Origin: Escherichia coli
GTDB lineage: Bacteria; Pseudomonadota; Gammaproteobacteria; Enterobacterales; Enterobacteriaceae
NCBI RefSeq assembly: GCF_024223415.1
Contig: NZ_CP100500.1
Length of the DNA: 64,000 nt
Reading direction: 5' to 3' (one strand)
The notes beneath the pieces were generated by a model that saw only the letters and a program-made list of their open reading frames with translations, did no database searches and was not told the origin of the DNA. The position numbers and the translations under genes are program-made. This document shows, one piece after another, positions 38,175 through 48,365 of this stretch (position 1 is its first letter; each line of letters starts with the position of its first letter).

Positions 38175-39323
38175 ATGGCTAAAAACAAAGGTATCTGTCG
38201 GAATAAAAAATGCAGCAATCCTGTTTCAGAATTTGATGAGGCAAATGCCCTGAGGTTATGTGATGATCATTATCAGTTATGGAAACGAAATAAAGAGAAC
38301 CGTCGGGTCAGGAATATTTGTCGTATAATCAGTAAATATGACAAAAGTCTGGACCGGGAGATATTTGACAGAGTAATAGATGCTGCAAGAAATCAAACGG
38401 GAAAGAGAATTGTTGAGGACGCAAAAATATTACATCAATTGCGCAATTCAAAGCAAGTAAGAAAAAGTCTTCATAATGGAGTACTCCGGTCACGGGAATG
38501 GCTCAATACACAGGAGTTACTGAGAAGAAAAAATATATCTGTTACAGGTGACTCATTTAAATCTTACATAAAGGATATTGTCAGATTATATTGCTATAAG
38601 TTTCTCTACAGCAGAGAATATCTTAATGAAAACGCATACAAAAAACAATATCAGAGAGTTATTAACCCCAGAGAATTTAATGTTCCGATACTTCAACTTG
38701 AAGTTGCATGGATCAATAATAATTGCCGTTCAAGTGATTCAAGCTCTGATATTATCATCCTTCCCAGGATGATAAGAAGAATGGTTGTATTTAATGATAC
38801 GAAGATAAATAAACAATTAGAGGAAATGTTGGGGGGGATAGCACGAAAAAAAGTCGCAGTAAGGAATAAAGGCGGTCTCTATACCAGAATAAAAAAAGAA
38901 AATGATTTTCGTTCTATGGATAGATTTATGGTGGAAATCGAAAATATCATAAGACCTGAAATATTTCCGACATCAATTTACCCGCCTTTTTCACTTTCAT
39001 TTATCGAGAGAGAATTGCCACTACTGAATCTGGCGCACTCACAGTACAAAAGAGCAATAAGTAAAAAAGTGGCGAATTCAATTTTTTATACTTTGCGAAA
39101 AACTCACGTGGCATTATGGCTGCATCTTGAAATGTTTGCTCTTGTGGCATTCATCAAACTGTATACAGGAAAAGGGTTTGAATTCATGAAAAACATGTGT
39201 GTATTTATAGATTATGATAAAGGGATAATAAAATCCACGCATGAAGAACTGCTGAGTGAAATTAAGTGTAACATTCAGTTGAATTTAAAGGTGAATCCTG
39301 ATAATTTTCCTGAATTAATATAA
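38175..39323 (+). CDS. 382 aa AT-rich orphan protein with an N-terminal Cys/His cluster
   Basis: Long ORF in very AT-rich DNA. 'CRNKKCSNP...LCDDH' may be a zinc-binding motif. No family recognised. Confidence 0.55.
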   Translation: MAKNKGICRNKKCSNPVSEFDEANALRLCDDHYQLWKRNKENRRVRNICRIISKYDKSLDREIFDRVIDAARNQTGKRIVEDAKILHQLRNSKQVRKSLHNGVLRSREWLNTQELLRRKNISVTGDSFKSYIKDIVRLYCYKFLYSREYLNENAYKKQYQRVINPREFNVPILQLEVAWINNNCRSSDSSSDIIILPRMIRRMVVFNDTKINKQLEEMLGGIARKKVAVRNKGGLYTRIKKENDFRSMDRFMVEIENIIRPEIFPTSIYPPFSLSFIERELPLLNLAHSQYKRAISKKVANSIFYTLRKTHVALWLHLEMFALVAFIKLYTGKGFEFMKNMCVFIDYDKGIIKSTHEELLSEIKCNIQLNLKVNPDNFPELI

Positions 39324-40981
39324 ATATACAATTCATGCTTTAGTAAAAATATATTGTTGTATGATGTTCAGGATGATGGTTTTAAATGGTGTTTATGATG
39401 TGAAAATATTAAATTTATATTACATTTTAATTATCGACAAAAAACACATAAAGAAATCTAAAGGGAATGAGCGTCAAATGAGCTGATATAGCGCCAGTTT
39501 GGTATGGTCATGTGATTTGATGATTAAAGCTTACGGATAATAACACTCCTCTGTGAGCCATATAAATGAGCATGCCATAATCGTCAGTTCAGAGATAAAA
39601 CTGACTGAATGATCTTATGTTATAGTAAGCAGTGTTTACCGGATACGATGACTTATCTCTCTCACATCATATGGATTCACTTTCATGGGGTAAAGCGATG
39701 GGACTACAGACGCTGATTATGATGGTTTGCTGTAAAGTTAGCACAAGTTTTTGCTGTACAGAATACGGAGTAAGAAAAATAATTCCAGAGTAAATCTGCT
39801 CTGCTTTTGAACAGAAAAGATTCATGCTTACCGTGAAAAACTGAAACCAACATTCAGTCTGCATGGATGTCTTAAGATGTTGAGAATGTCGGATATGGTA
39901 TTATATACACCTTTTCCATTAGGTCCTTTTATGTTTTCATTAAGTCGTTTTGTATGTATTCCTCCAGTGATTCATTAGTGCCTGTTTACGCATTTACACA
40001 CTTTTCCCATTAATCTCCTTTAAATGTGTTTCATTACGCATTGCTGTACACATTTTTGAACTGATACACATCCAAGTTAGTAAACCTGTCAGTTCTGATT
40101 TTACGTTAACTAAATCAGTTTAATGCTGCTGTAAAACAATCCTTCCTGTTTAAGCAATCAATCTGCTATTCGATTTTACTGATGTGACGTTTAACCTTTC
40201 CTGAGCTTTGGTTGTTTGTGGTTTTTGGTTTGTGTTTCGACGTTAAGCTGAGAAAAGTATCTTTACGCTAAATCAACCCGAACTTTCCTGAGGTGATCTG
40301 ACGTTCTTTTCGATGTGCTTACGACGATTCTGTTAAACGACTTTCTGGATGTTTTGATAACAATCAGATTGAGGCATTAACGATTCCTGACGTTTTGCTT
40401 TTTCATGTAAGGTCATTGTTTTCGTCATGATGTGGTTTTTCTTCTTGCATTGCGAAAGTGTGATGATTGGTTTTGGTTTTTTGATTCAGATGAGATTTAC
40501 GTTATCGATGGTTAATCGTTTTTATGGTGAGTAGTGAAACGTAACATTTTCGGGATGAGAAAATCGATTCTGATGGTGATGGGGATGATCGTGTTACGGC
40601 GTTATCTGTAAACAGGTTTTAAACGTGTCATTCGCATTCGTGATTGAGTTGTGTGATTAAGCTGTAGGTTTTGGCGTTGTTGTTGATTTGCATTGCCAGG
40701 AAGCGTTCTGGTTGCGTTTCTGGTGTTTTGTTCGAATGTTCTGTGGATCCTTTTCCCTTCAGGCTTTTCTCGTCGTCCATGTCGTTTTTAAATCCATTCA
40801 TGCTGTTGTTGCGTGTTTTGCTGCTGTGTGCAGGATTATCTTTTCGTTCCGGGATGGTTTGTTCCGTTTCAATCACTCTTAATCAGAGAGTTGTAGCATT
40901 GCTTAATGACATGATGCCGTAAAGTTTTACCGCGGTGATTAATGATGTGAAGTCAATCCAAATCAACGGAGATCTCTCATC

Positions 40982-41713
40982 ATGAATCAACCAATACACA
41001 ATGCTTACTGGTTATCCCGTTTTGACAGCCTTCTCGACAGTGCCCTGTCGCAGCACCGTGCCGTCTCGTTAATCCGGGTGGATTTACGTTTCCCTGAGTA
41101 TATGCCTGTCACCATCATGGATCCCGATCCGGATTCAGCGGTGATTTCTCGTTTTTTCGAATCCCTGAAAGCCAAAATCCAGGCTTACCAGCGGAAAAAA
41201 CGACGTGCCAACAAGCGTGTGCGTGCAACCACTCTGCGTTATTTCTGGTGTCGGGAGTTTGGCAAGGAAAAAGGCAGGAAACATTATCACGTGATATTGC
41301 TGCTCAACAAAGATACCTGGTGCTCGCCAGGGGATTTCAGCGAACCATCTTCGCTGGCGACGATGATCCTGGAGGCATGGTGCAGCGCCCTGCATCTTGA
41401 GGCCTGGCAAGGCGATGGCCTGGTCCATTTTTCCAGGTGGACGCCTTCCCGTAAACCAGCATCGTCTGATGCTCGCCCTTCTTCCGATGACACGCCTTTG
41501 TCGGGTGGATGTTCTGATACCAGGAAGGCTTCAGAAAAAAAGCCGGGTGAAGCCGCTGTTCTCTGGATCAAGCGTGGTGATGTGGAAGCGCTGCAGAAAG
41601 CCCGGAACAGAGCCAGTTATCTCGTGAAATATGAGACGAAGCAGCATGACGGTTCCGGGCAACGTAATTATGGTTGCAGTCGTGGGCCGGGGCGTCTGCT
41701 GGATGGCAGGTGA
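40982..41713 (+). CDS. Inovirus-Gp2-family protein (YagK/YfjJ-type)
   Basis: '...LIRVDLRFP...LRYFWCREFGKEKGRKHYHVILLLNKDTW...'. Confidence 0.7.
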   Translation: MNQPIHNAYWLSRFDSLLDSALSQHRAVSLIRVDLRFPEYMPVTIMDPDPDSAVISRFFESLKAKIQAYQRKKRRANKRVRATTLRYFWCREFGKEKGRKHYHVILLLNKDTWCSPGDFSEPSSLATMILEAWCSALHLEAWQGDGLVHFSRWTPSRKPASSDARPSSDDTPLSGGCSDTRKASEKKPGEAAVLWIKRGDVEALQKARNRASYLVKYETKQHDGSGQRNYGCSRGPGRLLDGR

Positions 41714-42070
41714 GCCCTGTAAAACGACATCCGGTGCCTGAGCTTATGCTACAGGACGTTGGCTGACGCCCTTAGCTCGTTTTCTGAAAAAGTCGTCCTG
41801 AAGTCATGCAACGGTATTTTTCTCTGCTTTCGCTCCTGGAAACACTCCGTCGGTAAAACCTTACTGTCCTGCTTAATGATGTGAACCGAAGTCAACGGAG
41901 ATCATTCATTCTGAACCTGCATCCGGTGTTCTGTCCCTTGTCGGTTACCTGATCTTCCCGTTCTGCCGCGGTTTTTCACTTATTCCATCAACCCCATACG
42001 CAAGCCATAACACGTCAGCGCATCCACGGGCAGGACGCGTTGTGGGCTGCGTATAACGGAACATATCTTA

Positions 42071-42642
42071 TGAATGCTATCCCTTATTTCGACTATAGCA
42101 TGGCGCCCTTCTGGCCATCTTATCAGAACAAAATCATCGGCGTTCTCAACCGTGTGTTGCGCGAGCAGTCCTGCTCCCGAATACGGCGGATCCTGCTTCG
42201 TCTGCCGGGGGAACATGGCAACATCTTCAGCGACAGAAAAACCTGGTTCGGTATGGCCTTTATCGAAACCGTCAGTGCGCTGATGAATGCAACACCCGGA
42301 CGTGACCTCTGCTGGCTCCTGACTCGTCATCCTGAAAAACCGGAATACCACGTGGTGCTGTGCGTCAGACAGGAGTATTTCGACGGCCCTGAACTGGATC
42401 GGCTGATTCTGGATGCCTGGAGCAACGTACTGGGCTTCGCGTCACCGGGTGAAGCGGCACCGTACCAGAAACAGATAACCCGGGATGTGGTGCTGGACAG
42501 TTGTTCACCGGACTGCGAAGAGAGACTCAAAGAGCTGATATGGGCGTTCAGTGATTTCGCCCGCGATCATCGTGGTGTGCGCGATCCGGAAGCCCGTTAC
42601 CTCGCCGGTAATCCCTGGTATCCCGTAGCAGGCCAGCTCTGA
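42071..42642 (+). CDS. Second inovirus-Gp2-family paralogue
   Basis: 'MNAIPYF...RRILLRLPGEH...EYHVVLCVRQEYF'; start chosen at the ATG at 42071. Confidence 0.55.
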
Positions 42643-42710
42643 AAGCTCAGCTCAGCAGATTCACCCGCATTTGCCCAACATTCATAAATCTCACAGAGGA
42701 CATTCTGACC

Positions 42711-42947
42711 ATGTTGACCTCAATGACAGGTCACGACAGCGTATTGCTGCGTGCCGACGATCCCCTGATCGACATGAACTACATCACCAGCTTCACTGGT
42801 ATGACCGACAAATGGTTTTACAAGCTGATCAGTGAAGGCCATTTCCCTAAACCCATCAAACTGGGGCGCAGCAGCCGCTGGTACAAAAGTGAAGTGGAGC
42901 AGTGGATGCAGCAACGAATCGAGGCATCACGAGGGGCAGCAGCATGA
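42711..42947 (+). CDS. alpA: AlpA-family (MerR-like) phage/island transcriptional regulator
   Basis: '...FTGMTDKWFYKLISEGHFPKPIKLGRSSRWYKSEVEQWMQQR'. Confidence 0.8.
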   Translation: MLTSMTGHDSVLLRADDPLIDMNYITSFTGMTDKWFYKLISEGHFPKPIKLGRSSRWYKSEVEQWMQQRIEASRGAAA

Positions 42948-43209
42948 AACGTGTTGTAATGCCGGTACGCTGGCAATGTGCAAAATACCAGCGTTGGTAT
43001 TGTGGAAGCCGGCCCTGTCCCTGGTGCTGGCGACACTCCCGCTCATCTTTCTGCTGACACCCTCTGGTCAGCCAGCGGACTATCGTCCTTTCCTGACCGA
43101 TTCGTCATTCCATTCTTATTGATTATAACTGGCATTACACCGGTGCCGGCGTGCTTTTCTGTAGATCTGCACCGGTTTAACAAAATTCGACAAGGTTTGA
43201 AGGAGTATT

Positions 43210-43760
43210 CTGTGCAAATAAGCGAGGCCCTAATTTCAGAACCGGGGAAAATCCAGCGTTTTGTTCAGCAGGCGGTGGACCACTAGCCGCGTCTGCTGGC
43301 AGTCCACTTCACGCTTGATTCGGCTGAAGGGAATATTGACGAGGGGCAGATTCATGCATTCTGTACTGCCTTTTACCGACAGGTGCACGAGCGTATTACT
43401 GAACGTAATCACACGGCCAGCCCATCCTCGCCGGTGGTATTACGCTGGTTGCGGGAACAACATGGAGGAGCAACAATACGATGCCTGTTGCTGTTCAGCC
43501 AGGAGCTTTTCTGCCATCCGCGAGCCAGTGTGACAGTTGATGAAGAATGTTCACAACTGGTGGATTTACTACAACAGACTTGGCAGGTGATAAGCGCTGG
43601 CGGACAATGCCGGGTGGAAAAGCGTTTTCAGGTCGTCCGGGGTGATACATCTGGCCAGTATGTTGCGTTAAAAACAGTCGCATTGTCTCTGGGGTTACCG
43701 GTTGTGATCGCCATTACCCATCGTCCGGTACAGCGCTGTACATTGATTACAGCTCAGTGA
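43210..43760 (+). pseudogene. Third Gp2-family paralogue interrupted by an in-frame TAG (43284-43286)
   Basis: ORFs 42978..43286 and 43383..43760 share one frame. The read-through gives '...RFVQQAVDH*PRLLAVHFTLD...LRWLREQHGGATIRCLLLFSQELF'. Confidence 0.45.
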
Positions 43761-43778
43761 ATCAGCGCAGTTGTGCAG

Positions 43779-44290
43779 TCAACGAGGTTTTCTGGCTTTT
43801 CGTCGGTCATTCAGCATCATTAAACGGGTCTCTGCCTCTTTCTGTTCCTGTGGTGTCACTTCCCCGCACGGCTGACCGTTCAGGTTGTAACGGGCGCCAC
43901 CTGCTATTAACGCACGGTAATAGCGCGGAGACTGCACATAAGACGCCACTGCTGCATGTAATGTACCAGCGCCAAACGCCAGTTCTCGGATGGCGATATC
44001 CTGTATCAGGTCGTCAGGTATCCCCACTTTAAGTGGTTTTGTTTTTTTCCCGGTTGAATGACTCAGGCCAGAGTTCCACAAGACGAATAATGCGCTTACG
44101 GTTTTTGCTCTGGCGTTTTGTCATGTCGCCACGGTGTTTTATCAGCAGGTTTCTGTTTATCGTTCAACTGTGGTATCTGGTCACCGGCCTTCATTTTGTA
44201 TGCTGTGTCCGTTTTATTCTGCAGCGGCGTTGCCGGTGATTTACTGAAAATACCCTGCGGTTTACGGTTAATGGTCAGAGTTACCATCAA
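43779..44290 (-). pseudogene. FinO/ProQ-family RNA-chaperone-like gene with two frameshifts at A-runs
   Basis: Three frames join as 'MMVTL...TPEQK' / 'RKRIIRLVELWPESFNRE' / 'KTKPLKVGIPDDL...'. The second shift is in the A7 run (44042-44048); removing one A restores the frame. Confidence 0.6.
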
Positions 44291-44882
44291 TTTTGTTACC
44301 TCGCGCTGTCAATGGAAGTAGTACCTCATCCGATATCTGAAAATGTTTTCCGGTGGATGTTACAGCGAATTTCATGTAAGACATGTTGTTGTCGGTATTG
44401 TTCAGTACTGTGCGTTGTGAGCGTATTCGTTATCAGACAGAGGGGCAGGGAACAAACGTCAGAGGTTAAGGATATCCGGGAACAAATGGCGTAAACGGAC
44501 ATCTCAGTGCCTGAGAAACAGTACAGGTCAGGCCATCATGGCCTGCAAACAGAGCCCTGGCGACCCCGTGGCCGAAAACGAAACAATAACCCGCGCGCAG
44601 TGCGAGGAATCCGGATGTGAAGCAATCAGCAGGTAATATTAATGGCAGGACCAGCAGGTTCTTTAAACAAACGAACATGCTGTAATTGATATTTTGCTTA
44701 TTGTATTTTCTTTTTAGTTATTAAATTAATTTATTTACGAAAAATTTTCTGCAGATACAGGATGGGAATTCAGGGTGTCATCACGCCTTATGATGACACC
44801 CTTCCCCTGGTTGTGGAAAACCGAAGGATATATCAGGTTCAGCAACAAAATCAGTGAGCTGAAAGATACCAGTCCCCCAGCT

Positions 44883-45902
44883 TCAGCAGCTTTCACGTAA
44901 ACATAAACAGGGCTCAATGAATATCTGATTGCTCCAGTTACCTTCTTTAATTCGTTCCAGCAAAACATTTCCTGCTTCCAGACCAATTTTCCTGTGAGGA
45001 ACGGCCATTGTTGTTAATGATGGTTGGCAAACTTTGCTGACGTCACTGTCACCAAATCCTACTACGGCGAGCTCGTCTGGAACTTTGATCCGTCTTCGTT
45101 GACATTCATAGAGAACACCGCAGGCTAACTCATCTGACACACATACCAGGGCATCCAGTTCCGGCCATGCGAGCAAAAATTCCGGTAGTTGTGATGCTCC
45201 GGTGGAAAAAACAGGTGGCAGAGCAGCGTTAATAACACGGTTGGGAGACATATGATGGCGTAACATAGCTTTATACCATCCCTGTAAATGCTGCTGAAAG
45301 ATCCACTGTTCCTGGTTAGCGCATAGCAAACCGATATTCTGATAACCACGTTGTACCAGCATATCCGTCAGCTCGAACATTGCTGCAACATTATCAATAC
45401 CAATGTTGATATCTATCGGATCAGTACGAATGGCACCGATTTCTATAACAGGAATCGAGGCATTTTTGAGCAAGTGACGCACGGTACTATTATGCTCAAC
45501 ACTAAGCAAAATTGCTGCAGCGATATTAGAAGCCAGCAGGGTTTCCAGCAGTTTTTCTTCTTGTTCCAGACGATGGCGTGACTCAGCCAGGATTATTTGA
45601 TACCCCGCTGGTTGTAGCACATGTTGCAGCCCGGCAAACATTTCCGTGCATCCCGCTTCAGCCAGGTTTGGCACGACCATTGCGATCGTGTGTGAAGATG
45701 CCGATGCCAGTGCGCTTGCAGTGAGGTTGGGCATATACCCTAATTCATTAACTGCGGCTTCAATCTTCTCCCGCAATTTATCTGAAACTTGTTCGGGAGT
45801 GCGTAACGCTCTGGATACAGTCATTGTGCCAACTCCCGCGAGTTGCGCGACATCAGCAATAGTGACTTTACCTGTACTACGACGTTTTCGGGTTATTGCC
45901 AT
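44883..45902 (-). CDS. LacI/GalR-family transcriptional repressor
   Basis: N-terminal HTH 'VTIADVAQLAGVGTMTVSRAL' plus a periplasmic-binding-protein-like core. Confidence 0.9.
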   Translation of the reverse strand: MAITRKRRSTGKVTIADVAQLAGVGTMTVSRALRTPEQVSDKLREKIEAAVNELGYMPNLTASALASASSHTIAMVVPNLAEAGCTEMFAGLQHVLQPAGYQIILAESRHRLEQEEKLLETLLASNIAAAILLSVEHNSTVRHLLKNASIPVIEIGAIRTDPIDINIGIDNVAAMFELTDMLVQRGYQNIGLLCANQEQWIFQQHLQGWYKAMLRHHMSPNRVINAALPPVFSTGASQLPEFLLAWPELDALVCVSDELACGVLYECQRRRIKVPDELAVVGFGDSDVSKVCQPSLTTMAVPHRKIGLEAGNVLLERIKEGNWSNQIFIEPCLCLRESC

Positions 45903-46034
45903 ACAAAATCCTGCTCAGCGACTACATATGGAGATCTTTTATTACTTATCATCAACGGCTTCCTGCACTGCCAGTAGCAGAGTATACCTCTTAATATCTG
46001 CCATAAGTCTGGATTTAATCAGTGAAATCTATTT

Positions 46035-46082
46035 TGATAGCGCTATCACAAATTCGAACAATACCTCCTGATAGCGCTATCT
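46035..46082. promoter_or_regulatory. Two LacI-type palindromic operators in the divergent promoter region
   Basis: TGATAGCGCTATCA (46035-46048, perfect 14-bp palindrome) and TGATAGCGCTATCT (46069-46082), centres 34 bp apart. Confidence 0.6.
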
Positions 46083-46153
46083 TTGTGATATTGATCGCAG
46101 ATATACCGTCGTTACTTGAATACATTCTGGTCATATAAATAAGAAATTAGGGG

Positions 46154-46603
46154 GTGGGAGTGCTTAATATCTGGCTTTCTGATTCAACAATCGCATTACG
46201 AAAGAATGCCGCAACCTGGCAGCAGGCATTAGATATCTGTGCCAGACCGTTACTGGATGCAGAGATAATTACGACGGATTATCTCAGTGCGATAAAGACA
46301 CAACATGAAAAACTGGGGCCTTATTATGTCCTGGCACCCGGGCTGGCCATGCCGCATGCCCGACCAGAAGAAGGGGCAAAAGGATTAGGTTTATCATTAT
46401 TAAAACTTGAAGAAGGTGTCAGTTTTCATACAGAGGAATTTGATCCTGTAGATGTTATCATTTTACTTGCCGCACCAGACAAACACAGTCATATCGAAAT
46501 GATATCTGCACTGGCTGAGTTATTCTCCAGCGAAAAAGATTTACATGAATTGCATCAGGCTTGCAATGTGGAGGAAATAAAAAAGATAATTTCACGGTTC
46601 TGA
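46154..46603 (+). CDS. PTS EIIA component (ascorbate/EIIA_2 type)
   Basis: Phosphorylation-site region 'APGLAMPHARPEEG'. Confidence 0.8.
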   Translation: MGVLNIWLSDSTIALRKNAATWQQALDICARPLLDAEIITTDYLSAIKTQHEKLGPYYVLAPGLAMPHARPEEGAKGLGLSLLKLEEGVSFHTEEFDPVDVIILLAAPDKHSHIEMISALAELFSSEKDLHELHQACNVEEIKKIISRF

Positions 46604-46681
46604 TTACATTATAAATTCAGTCTTTTCACAACATTGCGCCGTTGCGTGATGGGACTTCTTCAACTTAAAATGGTGAATATA

Positions 46682-46954
46682 ATGAAAATTATGGCTATTT
46701 GTGGCTCAGGGCTTGGTAGTAGTTTTATGGTCGAAATGAATATTAAAAAAGTTCTGAAAAAAATGGATATAGAGGCGGAAGTGGAACATTCCGATCTCTC
46801 ATCAGCAACGCCAGGGGCTGCCGATTTATTTGTGATGGCCAAAGATATTGCTGCCAGTGCCAGCGTACCGGAAAGTCAGTTGGTGGTTATCAACAACATC
46901 ATTGATATTAATGAACTCGAAACGCAACTGCGTAACTGGTTAGCAAAACAATAA
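46682..46954 (+). CDS. PTS EIIB component (ascorbate/UlaB type)
   Basis: 'MKIMAICGSGLGSS' active-site Cys motif. Confidence 0.8.
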   Translation: MKIMAICGSGLGSSFMVEMNIKKVLKKMDIEAEVEHSDLSSATPGAADLFVMAKDIAASASVPESQLVVINNIIDINELETQLRNWLAKQ

Positions 46955-46976
46955 CCTTAATTGAAGCGAGGTGGAT

Positions 46977-48365
46977 ATGTTTATCCTTGAAACGCTGAAT
47001 TTTGTTGTTGATATACTTAAAGTGCCCGCGATACTGGTCGGCTTGATTGCCTTAATTGGTCTGGTTGCCCAGAAAAAATCTTTTTCAGATGTTGTTAAAG
47101 GTACAATTAAAACTATTCTCGGCTTTATTGTACTGGGCGGTGGTGCCACTGTTTTGGTTGGTTCGTTAAATCCTCTTGGGAGTATGTTTGAACATGCCTT
47201 TAATATTCAGGGCATCATTCCGAATAATGAGGCTATTGTTTCTATTGCGCTGGAAAAATATGGCGCATCGACGGCCCTTATTATGGCATTTGGTATGGTG
47301 GCGAATATTATTGTTGCCCGCTTTACCCGCCTTAAATATATCTTCCTGACCGGACACCACACATTTTACATGGCCTGCATGATTGGTGTGATTCTGACAG
47401 TGGCTGGTTTTGAAGGTATATCACTGGTCTTTACCGGTTCTCTTATTCTGGGACTTGTGATGGCATTTTTCCCGGCATTAGCACAACGCTATATGAAGCG
47501 TATTACGGGGAATGATGACATTGCTTTTGGTCACTTTGGCACTCTGGGATATGTACTTTCTGGCTGGATTGGCAGCGTGTGCGGTAAAGGTTCCCGCTCC
47601 ACCGAAGAGATGAATTTGCCCAAAAATCTGAGCTTCCTGCGCGACAGTTCCATCTCTATTTCTCTTACGATGATGGTGATTTATCTGATCATGGCGATCA
47701 GTGCTGGTCGTGAGTTCGTTGAAAGCCAGTTCAGTGGTGGTCAAAACTACCTTGTCTACGCCATCATAATGGCCATCACCTTCGCTGCTGGTGTATTTAT
47801 TATTCTGCAAGGCGTGCGTTTAATCCTTGCTGAAATAGTTCCGGCATTTACCGGGTTTTCAGAAAAGCTGGTGCCGAATGCCCGTCCGGCCCTCGATTGC
47901 CCGGTTGTGTATCCGTATGCGCCAAACGCAGTGTTAGTTGGTTTCTTGTTTAGCTTTTTTGGCGGTCTGGTAGGGCTATTTTTGTTGGGACAGATGAAAC
48001 TGGTGTTGATTCTTCCGGGTGTCGTTCCTCACTTTTTTACCGGGGCGGCTGCTGGCGTATTTGGTAACGCTACGGGGGGACGTCGTGGCGCAATGATTGG
48101 TGCTTTTGCGAATGGCTTATTGATTACCTTCCTGCCTGTACTGTTATTGCCGGTTCTTGGGGCGATAGGCTTTGCTAATACGACCTTTTCCGATGCAGAT
48201 TTTGGTGCTGTCGGCATCGTCCTCGGAAACCTGGCACGTTATCTCTCACCTTTTGCCATCACCGGACTTGTAGTAGCGCTATTTGTGCTGCTGGTTGCCT
48301 GGAACATTTTCGCCAGTAACAAAATCGCTGCCAAAGCGCAGAAGAAGAGTGGAGCCAAATCATGA
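46977..48365 (+). CDS. PTS EIIC permease (UlaA/SgaT family)
   Basis: ~460 aa polytopic membrane protein. GAGGTG lies just upstream of the ATG at 46977 (track start 46971). Confidence 0.85.
   Translation: MFILETLNFVVDILKVPAILVGLIALIGLVAQKKSFSDVVKGTIKTILGFIVLGGGATVLVGSLNPLGSMFEHAFNIQGIIPNNEAIVSIALEKYGASTALIMAFGMVANIIVARFTRLKYIFLTGHHTFYMACMIGVILTVAGFEGISLVFTGSLILGLVMAFFPALAQRYMKRITGNDDIAFGHFGTLGYVLSGWIGSVCGKGSRSTEEMNLPKNLSFLRDSSISISLTMMVIYLIMAISAGREFVESQFSGGQNYLVYAIIMAITFAAGVFIILQGVRLILAEIVPAFTGFSEKLVPNARPALDCPVVYPYAPNAVLVGFLFSFFGGLVGLFLLGQMKLVLILPGVVPHFFTGAAAGVFGNATGGRRGAMIGAFANGLLITFLPVLLLPVLGAIGFANTTFSDADFGAVGIVLGNLARYLSPFAITGLVVALFVLLVAWNIFASNKIAAKAQKKSGAKS

Noticed and set aside
31648-44700. 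Interpreting the CP4-like segment as a functional prophage
   Set aside because: It has no capsid, tail, terminase or lysis genes. The content is the typical non-phage CP4-type island set.
44772-44802. Perfect 12-bp inverted repeat AGGGTGTCATCA-n7-TGATGACACCCT as the terminator of the LacI-family gene
   Set aside because: No U-tract follows on either strand. I note it only as a hairpin near the junction between the CP4-like segment and the metabolic module.
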